DNA of 20,000 nt, from IMG/VR virus record IMGVR_UViG_3300032322_002907, one strand, 5' to 3'. Shown here one piece after another: positions 8,198 through 16,599 of the stretch. This DNA comes from an uncultured virus (IMG/VR IMGVR_UViG_3300032322_002907). Its lineage: Duplodnaviria > Heunggongvirae > Uroviricota > Caudoviricetes. The notes under the pieces were generated by a model, which worked only from the letters and a program-made list of their open reading frames with translations, made no database searches and was not told where the DNA came from. Each line of letters begins with the position of its first letter. Position 1 is the stretch's first letter. A program made the translations under genes and the position numbers.

Positions 8198-8214
8198 GTA
8201 GAATCCTGTTTTAA

Positions 8215-8583
8215 TTATTTTTCTAAAATTTGTTTTATGTTTGGAGGTGAATATGTATCAGGTTTCAAAACCTTGCCATCCTCGCGCTTTAGTAGAACAC
8301 CATCTTTCATTTTTGAAAAGTTTGATCGTGCAACTTCGTCCCATACTTTTTGGATAGGAATACCCAACGAATGACAAAGACCTTCAATAACCCAAATCAA
8401 ATCAGCACAAGCATCTGCAGTTTCAACAATATCAAAATGTTTAAATGCATATGAAAGTTCATAAAATTCTTCACGAACTAAATCAAAGTACAACATTGAT
8501 TGTTGATTAAATGGTTGTAAATCTTCATGTACATTTTGTTTTCCTGCTTGCATAAACTTTGCAACATCATCGCGTGTATTCAT
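8215..8583 (-). CDS. MazG-like / PRA-PH-like all-alpha nucleotide pyrophosphohydrolase
   Basis: EEFYE...E..DA..DL motif, EV.RSN.SK and REDGKVLKP C-terminal signature. Confidence 0.85.
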   Translation of the reverse strand: MNTRDDVAKFMQAGKQNVHEDLQPFNQQSMLYFDLVREEFYELSYAFKHFDIVETADACADLIWVIEGLCHSLGIPIQKVWDEVARSNFSKMKDGVLLKREDGKVLKPDTYSPPNIKQILEK

Positions 8584-8585
8584 TG

Positions 8586-9269
8586 TTACTCCTGAACAAA
8601 TTCAGCAGCCATTGGAAAACATTTTGCAATAACATCAGCACACGCCTTTGCAATTTCAATATGTTCTTTTTGTGTTCCGTTTCCGGATCTGAGTTCAATA
8701 TAATGCACCCATGATCTTAATGTACCGTTTATGTATAAGCGAGAAATTGTGTTACCTTCAGGAAGAACAGCTCGAGCAACTTCCTTTGCAATGCCCTTTG
8801 AAACCGCCCACTCATAAGCATTCTTTGCTTCAATGATAACACGTTGTTGCATCATTTCCCATTGATAAGCAAGTTGACGATCTGTATCATCACGCAAATT
8901 TAATTCTACACTATTTTGTCGATTGTTGGTGTCTTGGTATCTTGCTTCTCGTAATACGAAAGCCAATTCTTTGGTGGGGTCGGCGTATCTTTGACTAAAT
9001 TCCTGAAAGCTAAAACTTCGATGGCGCAAAATTTGTCGAGCAATATCTCTTGTGGTTTCAACCTCGAGGCAGGCTGAGACCATTTCGAGAGGTGACCAGT
9101 GTTTGTGCTTTGTGAGGTATCTGATGAGCTTTTCAGATGTTTGAGTGTTGAATTGGTTCGCAGGATTGGAGACACGGGCGCAATAGGCGATAAGTTCTTG
9201 AACATCATACATACCTTCCTTTTGCAGTTCAGTCGACGGTTTAGAATAACTAATTAAGTTTACTTTCAT
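8586..9269 (-). CDS. thyX: FAD-dependent thymidylate synthase
   Basis: ARVS, HWSPLE, RHRSFSFQEFSQRY (ThyX motif), ARAVLP, LRSW and TQKEH. Confidence 0.97.
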   Translation of the reverse strand: MKVNLISYSKPSTELQKEGMYDVQELIAYCARVSNPANQFNTQTSEKLIRYLTKHKHWSPLEMVSACLEVETTRDIARQILRHRSFSFQEFSQRYADPTKELAFVLREARYQDTNNRQNSVELNLRDDTDRQLAYQWEMMQQRVIIEAKNAYEWAVSKGIAKEVARAVLPEGNTISRLYINGTLRSWVHYIELRSGNGTQKEHIEIAKACADVIAKCFPMAAEFVQE

Positions 9270-9526
9270 TTATATTCCCATTCACATGTTTGATCAAAAC
9301 TTTTTTCTTGCATTGTCTTTTCACCCCAGACATGCCGTGGGTTATCACACATAATGCATTTTGGGTTACCACAATTTAGTACATGGTGTTTAGCAAATCT
9401 ATGTGGTTGTTCAGTGTATTTTTCATCCATACCATATTGTTTTGCAATACGTACTTGTTTTTTAATTGCGTTTTCCTCTTTAAGAATTCTACGTGATCTT
9501 TTAGATTTGGTTTCTTCGTCACTCAT
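9266..9526 (-). CDS. conserved hypothetical protein with Cys motif (86 aa)
   Basis: PHRFAKHH..NCGNPKCIMCDNPR motif; coupled to the primase stop and the thyX start. Confidence 0.75.
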   Translation of the reverse strand: MSDEETKSKRSRRILKEENAIKKQVRIAKQYGMDEKYTEQPHRFAKHHVLNCGNPKCIMCDNPRHVWGEKTMQEKSFDQTCEWEYK

Positions 9527-10546
9527 TTAACACCTTTTCCAAGCGTAGAAGTTAGCACGCGCCTGCAATCCGCGAAAAGTATTCTTATCAATTAACGACT
9601 GTACATATGCAAGTGATTTCCCTGCTTTCACAATGTCATTAATATCTTTTTCCTTAAGAGATTGAGGCCAGATCACAACATTGTAGTCCTTTTCAACCAA
9701 ATTCTCAATTACCTTACATACTTCTTTATTCCTCGGCTGATTGTCCACAATGACTGTCATATTATCTTTTGAATATTCTAGAAGTTCCAACTTATTAAAA
9801 CCTGTTCCAATCACGGCGATTGCATTAGGTAAAAACAAACTATCAATAGGACCTTCTGTGACATATATATGCTTCTTTGAATTTACACTCTCACGACCAA
9901 AAACAAGTAACTCATCTTGCTTTATTTTTACAGTTATGTATCTAAGTTCTTCGTTTCCCAATGCTCGACAAGTTACACCTGCTAATTGTAAATTATTATC
10001 ATATAAAGGCATAACCAAGCGAGGCTCTTCACCTTTTATACGATTCTTCATTGACTCAGATATTTGTTCGATCCTTTTGATATTATCAATAAAGTACAAT
10101 GATTTAAACTTATCTGTGGGTATTTTTCTTTCGTGACAATACTTTGTTGCAAGGTGATCTTCAGGCAGCGTATCAAGGCGATCAAAAAGTTCATCGATTA
10201 AACTTTTTTTCTCCACAACAGGTTCGACAAATTTGAATTGTGGTGTTTTGTGTGCCTTATTCGGAGCAGCTCCGTCTGCATATCTTTCCAATGCGTATTG
10301 TGAGTATAACGTCTGATCTGTTTGTTTTAGAAATGTTCCAAAGTGTATCGATACAGAACAATTGTGACACTTCATAAACATATCGTTTTTAACTTTATAG
10401 AAGTAACCCCTTGCTTTTGACTTTTTTGATGATGAGTCGCCGCAAATGGTACAACGAAAGTTAAAAAGATAATCACCCTTTCTTTTAAAGAGAGGTAGAC
10501 GACCTGAAAGGAAATTAATATATTTTAGATCAATGTATAACGACAT
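9527..10546 (-). CDS. 61: T4 gp61-like DNA primase
   Basis: N-terminal Zn finger (NFRCTICGDS...KARGY...CHNC), TOPRIM EGPIDS, and DN.PRN and KD.ND motifs. Confidence 0.96.
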   Translation of the reverse strand: MSLYIDLKYINFLSGRLPLFKRKGDYLFNFRCTICGDSSSKKSKARGYFYKVKNDMFMKCHNCSVSIHFGTFLKQTDQTLYSQYALERYADGAAPNKAHKTPQFKFVEPVVEKKSLIDELFDRLDTLPEDHLATKYCHERKIPTDKFKSLYFIDNIKRIEQISESMKNRIKGEEPRLVMPLYDNNLQLAGVTCRALGNEELRYITVKIKQDELLVFGRESVNSKKHIYVTEGPIDSLFLPNAIAVIGTGFNKLELLEYSKDNMTVIVDNQPRNKEVCKVIENLVEKDYNVVIWPQSLKEKDINDIVKAGKSLAYVQSLIDKNTFRGLQARANFYAWKRC

Positions 10547-10571
10547 GATAGGCCTCCTTGAAACCTATCAT
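10545..10571 (-). promoter_or_regulatory. hairpin sequestering the primase SD and start codon
   Basis: ATGATAGGTTTC-AAG-GAGGCCTATCAT: 8 Watson-Crick pairs extended by G-U pairs. It covers AAGGAGG (10553-10559) and the AT of the start codon. Confidence 0.7.
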
Positions 10572-10595
10572 AGTACACTACAACCAATTTGTCAA
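10567..10595 (-). promoter_or_regulatory. sigma70-type promoter TTGACA-N17-TATGAT for the primase/nucleotide-metabolism block
   Basis: Minus strand reads TTGACA AATTGGTTGTAGTGTAC TATGAT; the -10 box overlaps the 5' arm of the hairpin. Confidence 0.8.
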
Positions 10596-10897
10596 TTTGA
10601 TTTTTTCTTTGGTGTGCGCTTTTTAGCAGGAGCTTTTTTCTTTTCAGGTTTAGCTTCAACCGCAGGAGCAACTTCAACTGTCGATGTTGTTACTGTCAAC
10701 GTCGCTTCGTGTTTTACTTCATCAAATTTTAACTCAAGCTGTTTGGGTTCTTCTTTTACAACCGGAACAGGTTCTTCTTTTACAACCGGAACAGGTTCTT
10801 CTTTTTTAACCTCAACAACAGGAGGCGGTGCGGGTGTATCCTCTTTAGGGAGGGGGACACCAAAGAAGTAATTTTTAAATTTTGCCCATGAATTCAT
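10592..10897 (-). CDS. low-complexity Pro/Glu/Lys-rich protein (101 aa)
   Basis: ORF with KEEPVPVV repeats and a basic KKKAPAKKRTPKKKSN tail. Confidence 0.7.
   Translation of the reverse strand: MNSWAKFKNYFFGVPLPKEDTPAPPPVVEVKKEEPVPVVKEEPVPVVKEEPKQLELKFDEVKHEATLTVTTSTVEVAPAVEAKPEKKKAPAKKRTPKKKSN
10746..10805. repeat. 24-bp coding tandem repeat, 2.5 copies
   Basis: GGTTCTTCTTTTACAACCGGAACA at 10746-10769 and 10770-10793, plus a half copy at 10794-10805; encodes KEEPVPVV. Confidence 0.95.
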
Positions 10898-11429
10898 CTT
10901 TTTTCTTCCTTCTAAACATGTTAAGTTTATTCATCTTCGGTACAGGAGGTTCATCGGGAGGAAGGCCTGCTATCCCTCCAGATACCGCAGCATTATTGGC
11001 GGGTGCTCCGCCATCTTCTTCATCAAGATACTGTTTGAATGTCATTGAATATTTATTGTTGAAGAAATTCTCGACTAACGTTGTATCATGTTCTTGTTTA
11101 AGAGACTCTAAGAACATTCTTTCAAGATCAATAGGTTCTACACCTTTTTCATACTGTTCACGTATGAGCGCGAAAGCGGCTGCGTAAGAGAGAAATTTTT
11201 TATTTTCGACAGGAACTTTTTCAATGATTCGCTTCAAACGAAACACAAGACGATGTAGAAGGCTGTATGCATCTCGTTCTTCAGTTGTTTTTAACTGAAC
11301 TGCTTTTTTAAGGATCTTACCCTTTGCATCTATAATACCTAAACGAAAAGCATCTGTCTTGTCAAATGGTGTGACAAGCATCTTTAAGATACGATAGACA
11401 ATCGCGGCGTCGATAAAACGATTTGGCAT
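10875..11429 (-). CDS. conserved T4-like hypothetical protein found upstream of primase (184 aa)
   Basis: YRILKMLVTPF.KTDAFRLGIID.KG...AYSLLHRLVF.LKR motif typical of T4-like phages; C-terminal low-complexity tail. Confidence 0.8.
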   Translation of the reverse strand: MPNRFIDAAIVYRILKMLVTPFDKTDAFRLGIIDAKGKILKKAVQLKTTEERDAYSLLHRLVFRLKRIIEKVPVENKKFLSYAAAFALIREQYEKGVEPIDLERMFLESLKQEHDTTLVENFFNNKYSMTFKQYLDEEDGGAPANNAAVSGGIAGLPPDEPPVPKMNKLNMFRRKKKDEFMGKI

Positions 11430-11812
11430 TAAATGACTCTTAGTTTGTTAATTACTTCTGTATCCAAAGGTATATCAGATTCGTTTACTCCAGTATATAA
11501 AATGACATTTTCGGGCATAATGTTTAAAAATACTAGGAAGGTTTTCAAAGTAGGCCAGTGCTTTTTGTCAATTTTATAAAACAACATTTTAACAGATGCT
11601 TCAGGCCCAAACAAGTTACTAATTACAATAATATGATTCAAAAGTAATCTTTCTTTCAAACCCTTCCCTGCATGATAACGCCCCAACAGTCGTTTTACAT
11701 ACTTAAACTTTTTCATATCCTCATTGAATTCAGATAGTCCCTTACATGCGGGGTTATCGTAATTCTTTATAGCAAATATTAAAAAGTTATCTTCAGTCAA
11801 GTCAAAAATCAT
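11429..11812 (-). CDS. conserved T4-like hypothetical protein (127 aa)
   Basis: L.EDNFLIFAIKNYDNP.C...EF.EDMKKFKYVKRLL..Y...LKERLLLNHII...NLFG, a family widespread in cyanophage-like myoviruses. Confidence 0.85.
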   Translation of the reverse strand: MIFDLTEDNFLIFAIKNYDNPACKGLSEFNEDMKKFKYVKRLLGRYHAGKGLKERLLLNHIIVISNLFGPEASVKMLFYKIDKKHWPTLKTFLVFLNIMPENVILYTGVNESDIPLDTEVINKLRVI

Positions 11813-11813
11813 T

Positions 11814-12083
11814 TTACCAAGTGGTTAGTGCTACTCTCTTCCAAACGTTCGCAGAACCTGTATAGTCTGCTGTACAAATGTAAAGGTAGTTCGTATCAAA
11901 TGCAATCATGCCTTTTTTGTCACCTGCGGCTCCTACAGTTGCTGCAGGTGCTGTTTTAACTTGTGTAAGAGCCGCAATTACATTGCCTGCACTGATTTTT
12001 CTGCTGTTTCCACCCGATACTACATAAAGTAGATCAGAGGAAACAACAGAGTTCGTTGCAGTTTGTTCAGAAAGTTTAGGCAT
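11814..12083 (-). CDS. small probable virion protein (89 aa)
   Basis: MPKLSE N-terminus and G..GD..G.IAFD.NYLYIC......WKRVAL.TW module typical of fibre/appendage-associated proteins. Confidence 0.65.
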   Translation of the reverse strand: MPKLSEQTATNSVVSSDLLYVVSGGNSRKISAGNVIAALTQVKTAPAATVGAAGDKKGMIAFDTNYLYICTADYTGSANVWKRVALTTW

Positions 12084-12651
12084 TCCGATCTCTTAATACT
12101 GTATCATCATCAGCATCAACTAACAAGTTACCTGTTGTTGGTGACAATGATGCATTTGCTGTATCATCACGGTTAAAGTTCTTCGACATTGCAACCAATG
12201 TTTCAGTCTTTACACGGCGAGCACCATAGCCGTCTGTCCAAACAATCTGATGAATCCAACCAGGTTGATTGATGTTGTTGGCTTTATTCATTGTGTTGCC
12301 CGCTTCATTAGAATCAACACCAAATACTTTTTGAATTGTATAAGCGTTGCCACGAACGTTTTCAACAACATTAATATACTTAGGACCTTGTTGAACATTT
12401 GCTCTTACATTTGCAGTTGATCCACCATATGTAGTCGAAAGATTTAATGATGTATTTGAAAGAACATTGGCGACGTAGTATTTTACAGTTGAATTGCCTT
12501 GTACAGGACCAAAGGCAATGTAATCACCTGGTTTAACTTCGCTTAAAAATAATGTAGCGTTACCTAATGAATTAGAAACGGCAAAACTGCCGTTTGTTAC
12601 TCTGACATTAGCTGTCAGTTGCTTGCTATCTAGTTTTCCCCAAGATGACAT
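12076..12651 (-). CDS. probable virion structural protein (191 aa)
   Basis: M..WG N-terminus; VFGVD..EA, PGW and R.KTETLVAM motifs; Asn/Thr/Gly-rich; AAGGAG SD. Confidence 0.7.
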   Translation of the reverse strand: MSSWGKLDSKQLTANVRVTNGSFAVSNSLGNATLFLSEVKPGDYIAFGPVQGNSTVKYYVANVLSNTSLNLSTTYGGSTANVRANVQQGPKYINVVENVRGNAYTIQKVFGVDSNEAGNTMNKANNINQPGWIHQIVWTDGYGARRVKTETLVAMSKNFNRDDTANASLSPTTGNLLVDADDDTVLRDRNA

Positions 12652-12662
12652 TTAATGTCTCC

Positions 12663-14195
12663 TTAATCTTCTAATGGATTTGTTTCGTTAGGTTTTTGAG
12701 CTTGACCTAAACTTTGAACACGTCTTACGTTTCCCTGATATATGTATTTACGACGCATTCCAGATTTATCTGTGACAACGTATGCAGCGTAAGGTTGCCC
12801 ATTCATTGTTTTTCTTTCTATGCCTGTCACCTTATTTCCACCTTTTTGATGAGCATAGATTTTATCTTGAAGTTCACTATATGTAAGTTCAGAAATAACG
12901 AATTCCTCTTGACCTTCGACAAACATTTGTTCAACAAAAGTTAAGAAAGGCATTAGAGTTTCATCGTCTAATTCCTTCAGGGATTCAATACCTTCAGCTT
13001 GCATGGCAGCTTTTAGGTAATGTTCGTATGTTAGTGTTTCAGGTAGGTCAATAGTAAATGCATTACGTGATTCAACAATTTCTGATATTGAATCAACATC
13101 TAATTCTTCTTGTATTGAAGCCTTTGCGGCGCTTAGCGAAGGATATGATTTTCCTTTTTTATCACCCATGTAAACAGTAAATTTGTCATTCGCCATTTTT
13201 TCAATTGTATGCCCATTGCCTTTCCAAACAACTGGACCATCAGATTCGGCGACAATAGATTCTTCGCTTTCTTCTTTTACCCTTCCTGTCTTTTCAAGGT
13301 CGCGGAGCATTGCAGCTCGGTCGCTGTAACCTTTAACGCCAGGTTTAATGTCACGCCCAAACATGCGCTGTTGAAGTGTTGGGTTCTTAGCATGTTTCAT
13401 AGTTGTGGCGGTCTGATGGCTGACCCCTTCATTTTTCTCCATCTCATCAGATTTAGCGTGAAACCCCATCTCTGCGTTTCTTTTTCTATTTTCAGGTGTA
13501 TCAACAATGACCTTTTCTTTTCCTGAAGTCTTATGTGTCACCATAACGGTTTTCTGTTTTTTTGTCATTGGACCTAAATCATCACTCTCATCAAGTTCAA
13601 CTTCTTCCATCTTTCTTAAATTTTCAATATCACTCATCGTATCTTTACGCTTTAGATCATCAAGTTTAAGAGGAAATTGCTTTCTTGCATTACCTTTTCT
13701 CATGTAAGCAGGAACTTCAGAAGGTTGAGGTCCTTTGAGCGCATATTTATTAGCAACTTGCATCTCGTCTACTTGTTCTGTTTCTTCATTTTTCTTATCA
13801 AGTTTTTTCATAGCCATTGATACACCAGAGTCTCGCTTGTCAACTTTAGCAGTAGGCAATGTTTTGCGATATCTGGCATCAGAGGCTTTGTTTTTATAAG
13901 CTACAAGCGTTTCGCGACTTACTTCGTCGATCTGATCAGTTTCTTCCGCCACACCTTTCAAAATATTGGACACACGCTGTGCATCTTCTTCTGAAAGGTC
14001 AGGTTTTATGCTTTCATTTTTTGATTTGGCGATAGCAGCACTGATAGCCCCGCGACGCTTTTTCAAATAAGAATCTGTCTTGTCCGCATCACCATCATTG
14101 TCAACGTCTTTATCTTCTTGACCAACGGGATCAAGTTTAACTGCTGCCTCGCCCTGTAGGACCTTTTTGGCCTCTTCTAATAATTGTCTGCTCAT
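12663..14195 (-). CDS. modular, probably protease-processed head-internal protein (510 aa)
   Basis: Basic modules separated by acidic linkers (EETDQIDE, EETEQVDE, EEVELDE, EESIVAE); N-terminal DxDNDGD motif; AGAGGA SD. Confidence 0.65.
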   Translation of the reverse strand: MSRQLLEEAKKVLQGEAAVKLDPVGQEDKDVDNDGDADKTDSYLKKRRGAISAAIAKSKNESIKPDLSEEDAQRVSNILKGVAEETDQIDEVSRETLVAYKNKASDARYRKTLPTAKVDKRDSGVSMAMKKLDKKNEETEQVDEMQVANKYALKGPQPSEVPAYMRKGNARKQFPLKLDDLKRKDTMSDIENLRKMEEVELDESDDLGPMTKKQKTVMVTHKTSGKEKVIVDTPENRKRNAEMGFHAKSDEMEKNEGVSHQTATTMKHAKNPTLQQRMFGRDIKPGVKGYSDRAAMLRDLEKTGRVKEESEESIVAESDGPVVWKGNGHTIEKMANDKFTVYMGDKKGKSYPSLSAAKASIQEELDVDSISEIVESRNAFTIDLPETLTYEHYLKAAMQAEGIESLKELDDETLMPFLTFVEQMFVEGQEEFVISELTYSELQDKIYAHQKGGNKVTGIERKTMNGQPYAAYVVTDKSGMRRKYIYQGNVRRVQSLGQAQKPNETNPLED

Positions 14196-14204
14196 ATTTT
14201 CCTC

Positions 14205-14972
14205 TTAGCAATTCCAGCGTCTTAGCGCTTTGTTAATGGGTGAATCAGGATCTCTTGCATTTTTAGCACTTGTTAGTCGTTTTTTCATTCCAGACATGCG
14301 TGAACAAAACGATTTTCTTCTTGCTGCTCTTTTACCTTTAGGGTTCTTTTCAGTAACAGCGGTTTGAAGTTTTGATCCCGGATTTTCACGTCTATAAGCA
14401 TTGACAGCTTTTTGGCTTAACCCATCTGTTCTGTCAGATTTATTTACCTTTTGCCAATCTTCATCAATTTCAACATCTTCTTGTTTCATTCTTTCACGTT
14501 TTTTTGCAGCAGTTTCTTTGCCTGATTTTGTAAAACCATCTTTCGCATATTTTCCTGCAGCAAGATCAGCAGCGTATGTTCCTGGAGCAGGAGGTAAAAA
14601 CGATGATCTTGTTTTTCTTGGTGTTACAATAATTTCACTTTCTTTAATCTCAGCAGTCATATAGTTTGCAACTGTAGAAATATAATCTTCAGCTAAAGTA
14701 ATTTTAGACTGACACCATTCGGGCAAATTAGTGTTTGGATCTAGCATATCATGAAGGCGTTGAGCATTATGCATGATACTACGAAGGTCGGACATAGCCA
14801 TATCACCTTCGTAGTCATACTCACCTTTTTCTAAACTGCTTTCATCAAAGCTCTCTTTAGGTACACAATTAGGCACCCATTTGTCACCTTTTTTCTTCAT
14901 GCCTTGTTGAGTGTGAGTGTCCCAACACTTCTCATCCAAAGTTTCTTCGTGAAATTGTCGGAAAGATAACAT
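14205..14972 (-). CDS. modular head-internal protein with C-terminal DUF6321-like domain (255 aa)
   Basis: CTS-like start MLSFRQFHEE. Modules CWD...GMKKKG..VPNCVP, EYDYEGDMA...LPEW.QSKIT.A.DY and AYRRENPGSKL.TAV...RRKSFC.RM...DPDS.INKALR.WNC are separated by LDE/FDE/IKE/IDE linkers. Confidence 0.7.
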   Translation of the reverse strand: MLSFRQFHEETLDEKCWDTHTQQGMKKKGDKWVPNCVPKESFDESSLEKGEYDYEGDMAMSDLRSIMHNAQRLHDMLDPNTNLPEWCQSKITLAEDYISTVANYMTAEIKESEIIVTPRKTRSSFLPPAPGTYAADLAAGKYAKDGFTKSGKETAAKKRERMKQEDVEIDEDWQKVNKSDRTDGLSQKAVNAYRRENPGSKLQTAVTEKNPKGKRAARRKSFCSRMSGMKKRLTSAKNARDPDSPINKALRRWNC

Positions 14973-14993
14973 AATTGTCCTTGGTTATTGTAT

Positions 14994-15001
14994 TATTTAT
15001 T
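14994..15001 (-). promoter_or_regulatory. T4 late-promoter-like AATAAATA
   Basis: One mismatch to TATAAATA, ~20 nt upstream of a CTS-bearing gene with AAGGA SD. Confidence 0.5.
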
Positions 15002-16160
15002 TACTTTTATGTTTCAATCTTGTTTGTTCAATTCTTCTAATCTTTGGCATCAATCGTTGAGCAAGCATTGTTTGTACACCTAATTGTTGCAAACGCTTTA
15101 ACCGTTGTTCTAGAATATCCTTTTCTTGTGGAGACAATGCTGACTTATCACGACCTGCTAGAAATCTTTTCGACAATAATCTTCTTGCTGCTAAAATAGA
15201 TCTTTGTTTTAGTCTATCGGGGGATGATACACGTTGTAATCGCATCCCTCTCAAAATGTTTCTTTTTACACCAGTACGTCTAAAATCTCTTTGCTTTTTT
15301 AATCTTGCGGCAGGGCTTAGACCTTCATCAACTGTTTCTGTTTCTTCTGTAACATAATCTTCTTTTTCATATGTATCTGCAATATCTTCCCATGAAAGCG
15401 TATTCGCAATTTTTTCTAATTCAGTCGTATCTATTTTCTCATTATCTTTTTTTTTAGTTTCTTCGTGTAAATCTTTATCAGCAGTATGATATGTTTTGCC
15501 TTTTGTAATATAAGAATTTACACGTGCCATGCCCCACTGCTGCGGTGTAGTTCCTGGGCGGTGACCTGTTTTCCATGCTGCAACACCACGTGAATAAACT
15601 TTCTTTAGTGTTGATAAAGAAATACCCGACTTTGCAGCTTTTGCAGCCAAACCTTTACTTGCTTCTTCATCAAGCTGATCTATTTCTTCATTCGTGGCTT
15701 TTTTGATTCCCGCTTCTCGACGTTTAATTAAGTTTTTAGTTAAGTCACGATATTCTGAACCTTTTTTAGCGAAAGGTTCTAATTCACGCACTTGTTGTTT
15801 TGACTTTTCTGCATATCTTTGTTTTAGCGCTTGACTAATTTCGTCTAGTTGTGTTTCTTCAGCTACTTCACCCGTATCACTCTTAGGAACATGAACGTAG
15901 GGAAGATCAGCAAGTGTTGAATCATCATGGTTTGCTAATTTCATCATCGTATTGACATGATCTATCATATACCCATAATGGTTATCGATATCTCCCAATT
16001 GCGTTAAAGCATCATGTGCCTTTGAAAGATAAAATGAAAAATCATGTATATCTTGATTTGTGGCAAACCCATTTTTCATTGAGTGTTTTTCCACACCCAA
16101 ATATGCATCGGTTGCTCTTAAGGCAATATCAATTAAATCCTGACGTAGAACTGTATCCAT
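14997..16160 (-). CDS. modular head-internal protein containing a DUF5824-like module and an Arg-rich C-terminal module (387 aa)
   Basis: KAAKSGISLSTLKKVYSRGVAAWKTGHRPGTTPQQWGMARVNSYI.KGKTY.TADKDL module; linkers EETQLDE, EEIDQLDEE and EETETVDE. Confidence 0.7.
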   Translation of the reverse strand: MDTVLRQDLIDIALRATDAYLGVEKHSMKNGFATNQDIHDFSFYLSKAHDALTQLGDIDNHYGYMIDHVNTMMKLANHDDSTLADLPYVHVPKSDTGEVAEETQLDEISQALKQRYAEKSKQQVRELEPFAKKGSEYRDLTKNLIKRREAGIKKATNEEIDQLDEEASKGLAAKAAKSGISLSTLKKVYSRGVAAWKTGHRPGTTPQQWGMARVNSYITKGKTYHTADKDLHEETKKKDNEKIDTTELEKIANTLSWEDIADTYEKEDYVTEETETVDEGLSPAARLKKQRDFRRTGVKRNILRGMRLQRVSSPDRLKQRSILAARRLLSKRFLAGRDKSALSPQEKDILEQRLKRLQQLGVQTMLAQRLMPKIRRIEQTRLKHKSK

Positions 16161-16161
16161 T

Positions 16162-16599
16162 TTACTTTCCTACTGATCTTAGAAACCATGCATGTTTCTG
16201 GTGAGCTTGAATTCTATCCTGAAGAAAGTTTGAAATACCCAACTCTCCTATTTCTTCAGCCATTTTGTATCCAATCATTAATGAAGCCAACACTTTATTA
16301 TTTTCAATAAAAAGACGTCTTGCCATTTCAATAGGTGAAGGTAAATTTTCATCTTCTACAATAGAAGTTAACTGTTTAATTCTTGATAATGACCCGGGTG
16401 CATAAATGTCAAGAGTTCTGATTTGCTCAGCTAATGTGTCAACACTTCCTAGAACTTCTTCATAAATTTTACCGAATAGCTCATGATATTGAAAAAAATC
16501 AGGACCTTCAACGTTCCAATGATAGTTGTGTGCCTTAAAATAAAATGTAAAGGCATCAGATAGACAAACTTTTAATTGATCTGCAAGTTGTTCTTTCAT
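16162..16599 (-). CDS. dps: Dps-family ferritin-like DNA-protection protein
   Basis: KAHNYHWNVEGPDFFQYHELF...Y....D.LAEQIR ferroxidase signature and HQKHAWFLRS C-terminus; 145 aa. Confidence 0.93.
   Translation of the reverse strand: MKEQLADQLKVCLSDAFTFYFKAHNYHWNVEGPDFFQYHELFGKIYEEVLGSVDTLAEQIRTLDIYAPGSLSRIKQLTSIVEDENLPSPIEMARRLFIENNKVLASLMIGYKMAEEIGELGISNFLQDRIQAHQKHAWFLRSVGK

Noticed and set aside
4524..9269. Introns or inteins in nrdA, nrdB or thyX
   Set aside because: All three reading frames are continuous and of normal length, with motifs at normal spacing.
10746..10805. 24-bp direct repeats as a possible CRISPR mini-array
   Set aside because: The repeats are head-to-tail with no spacers, in frame within a low-complexity protein, and there are no cas genes.
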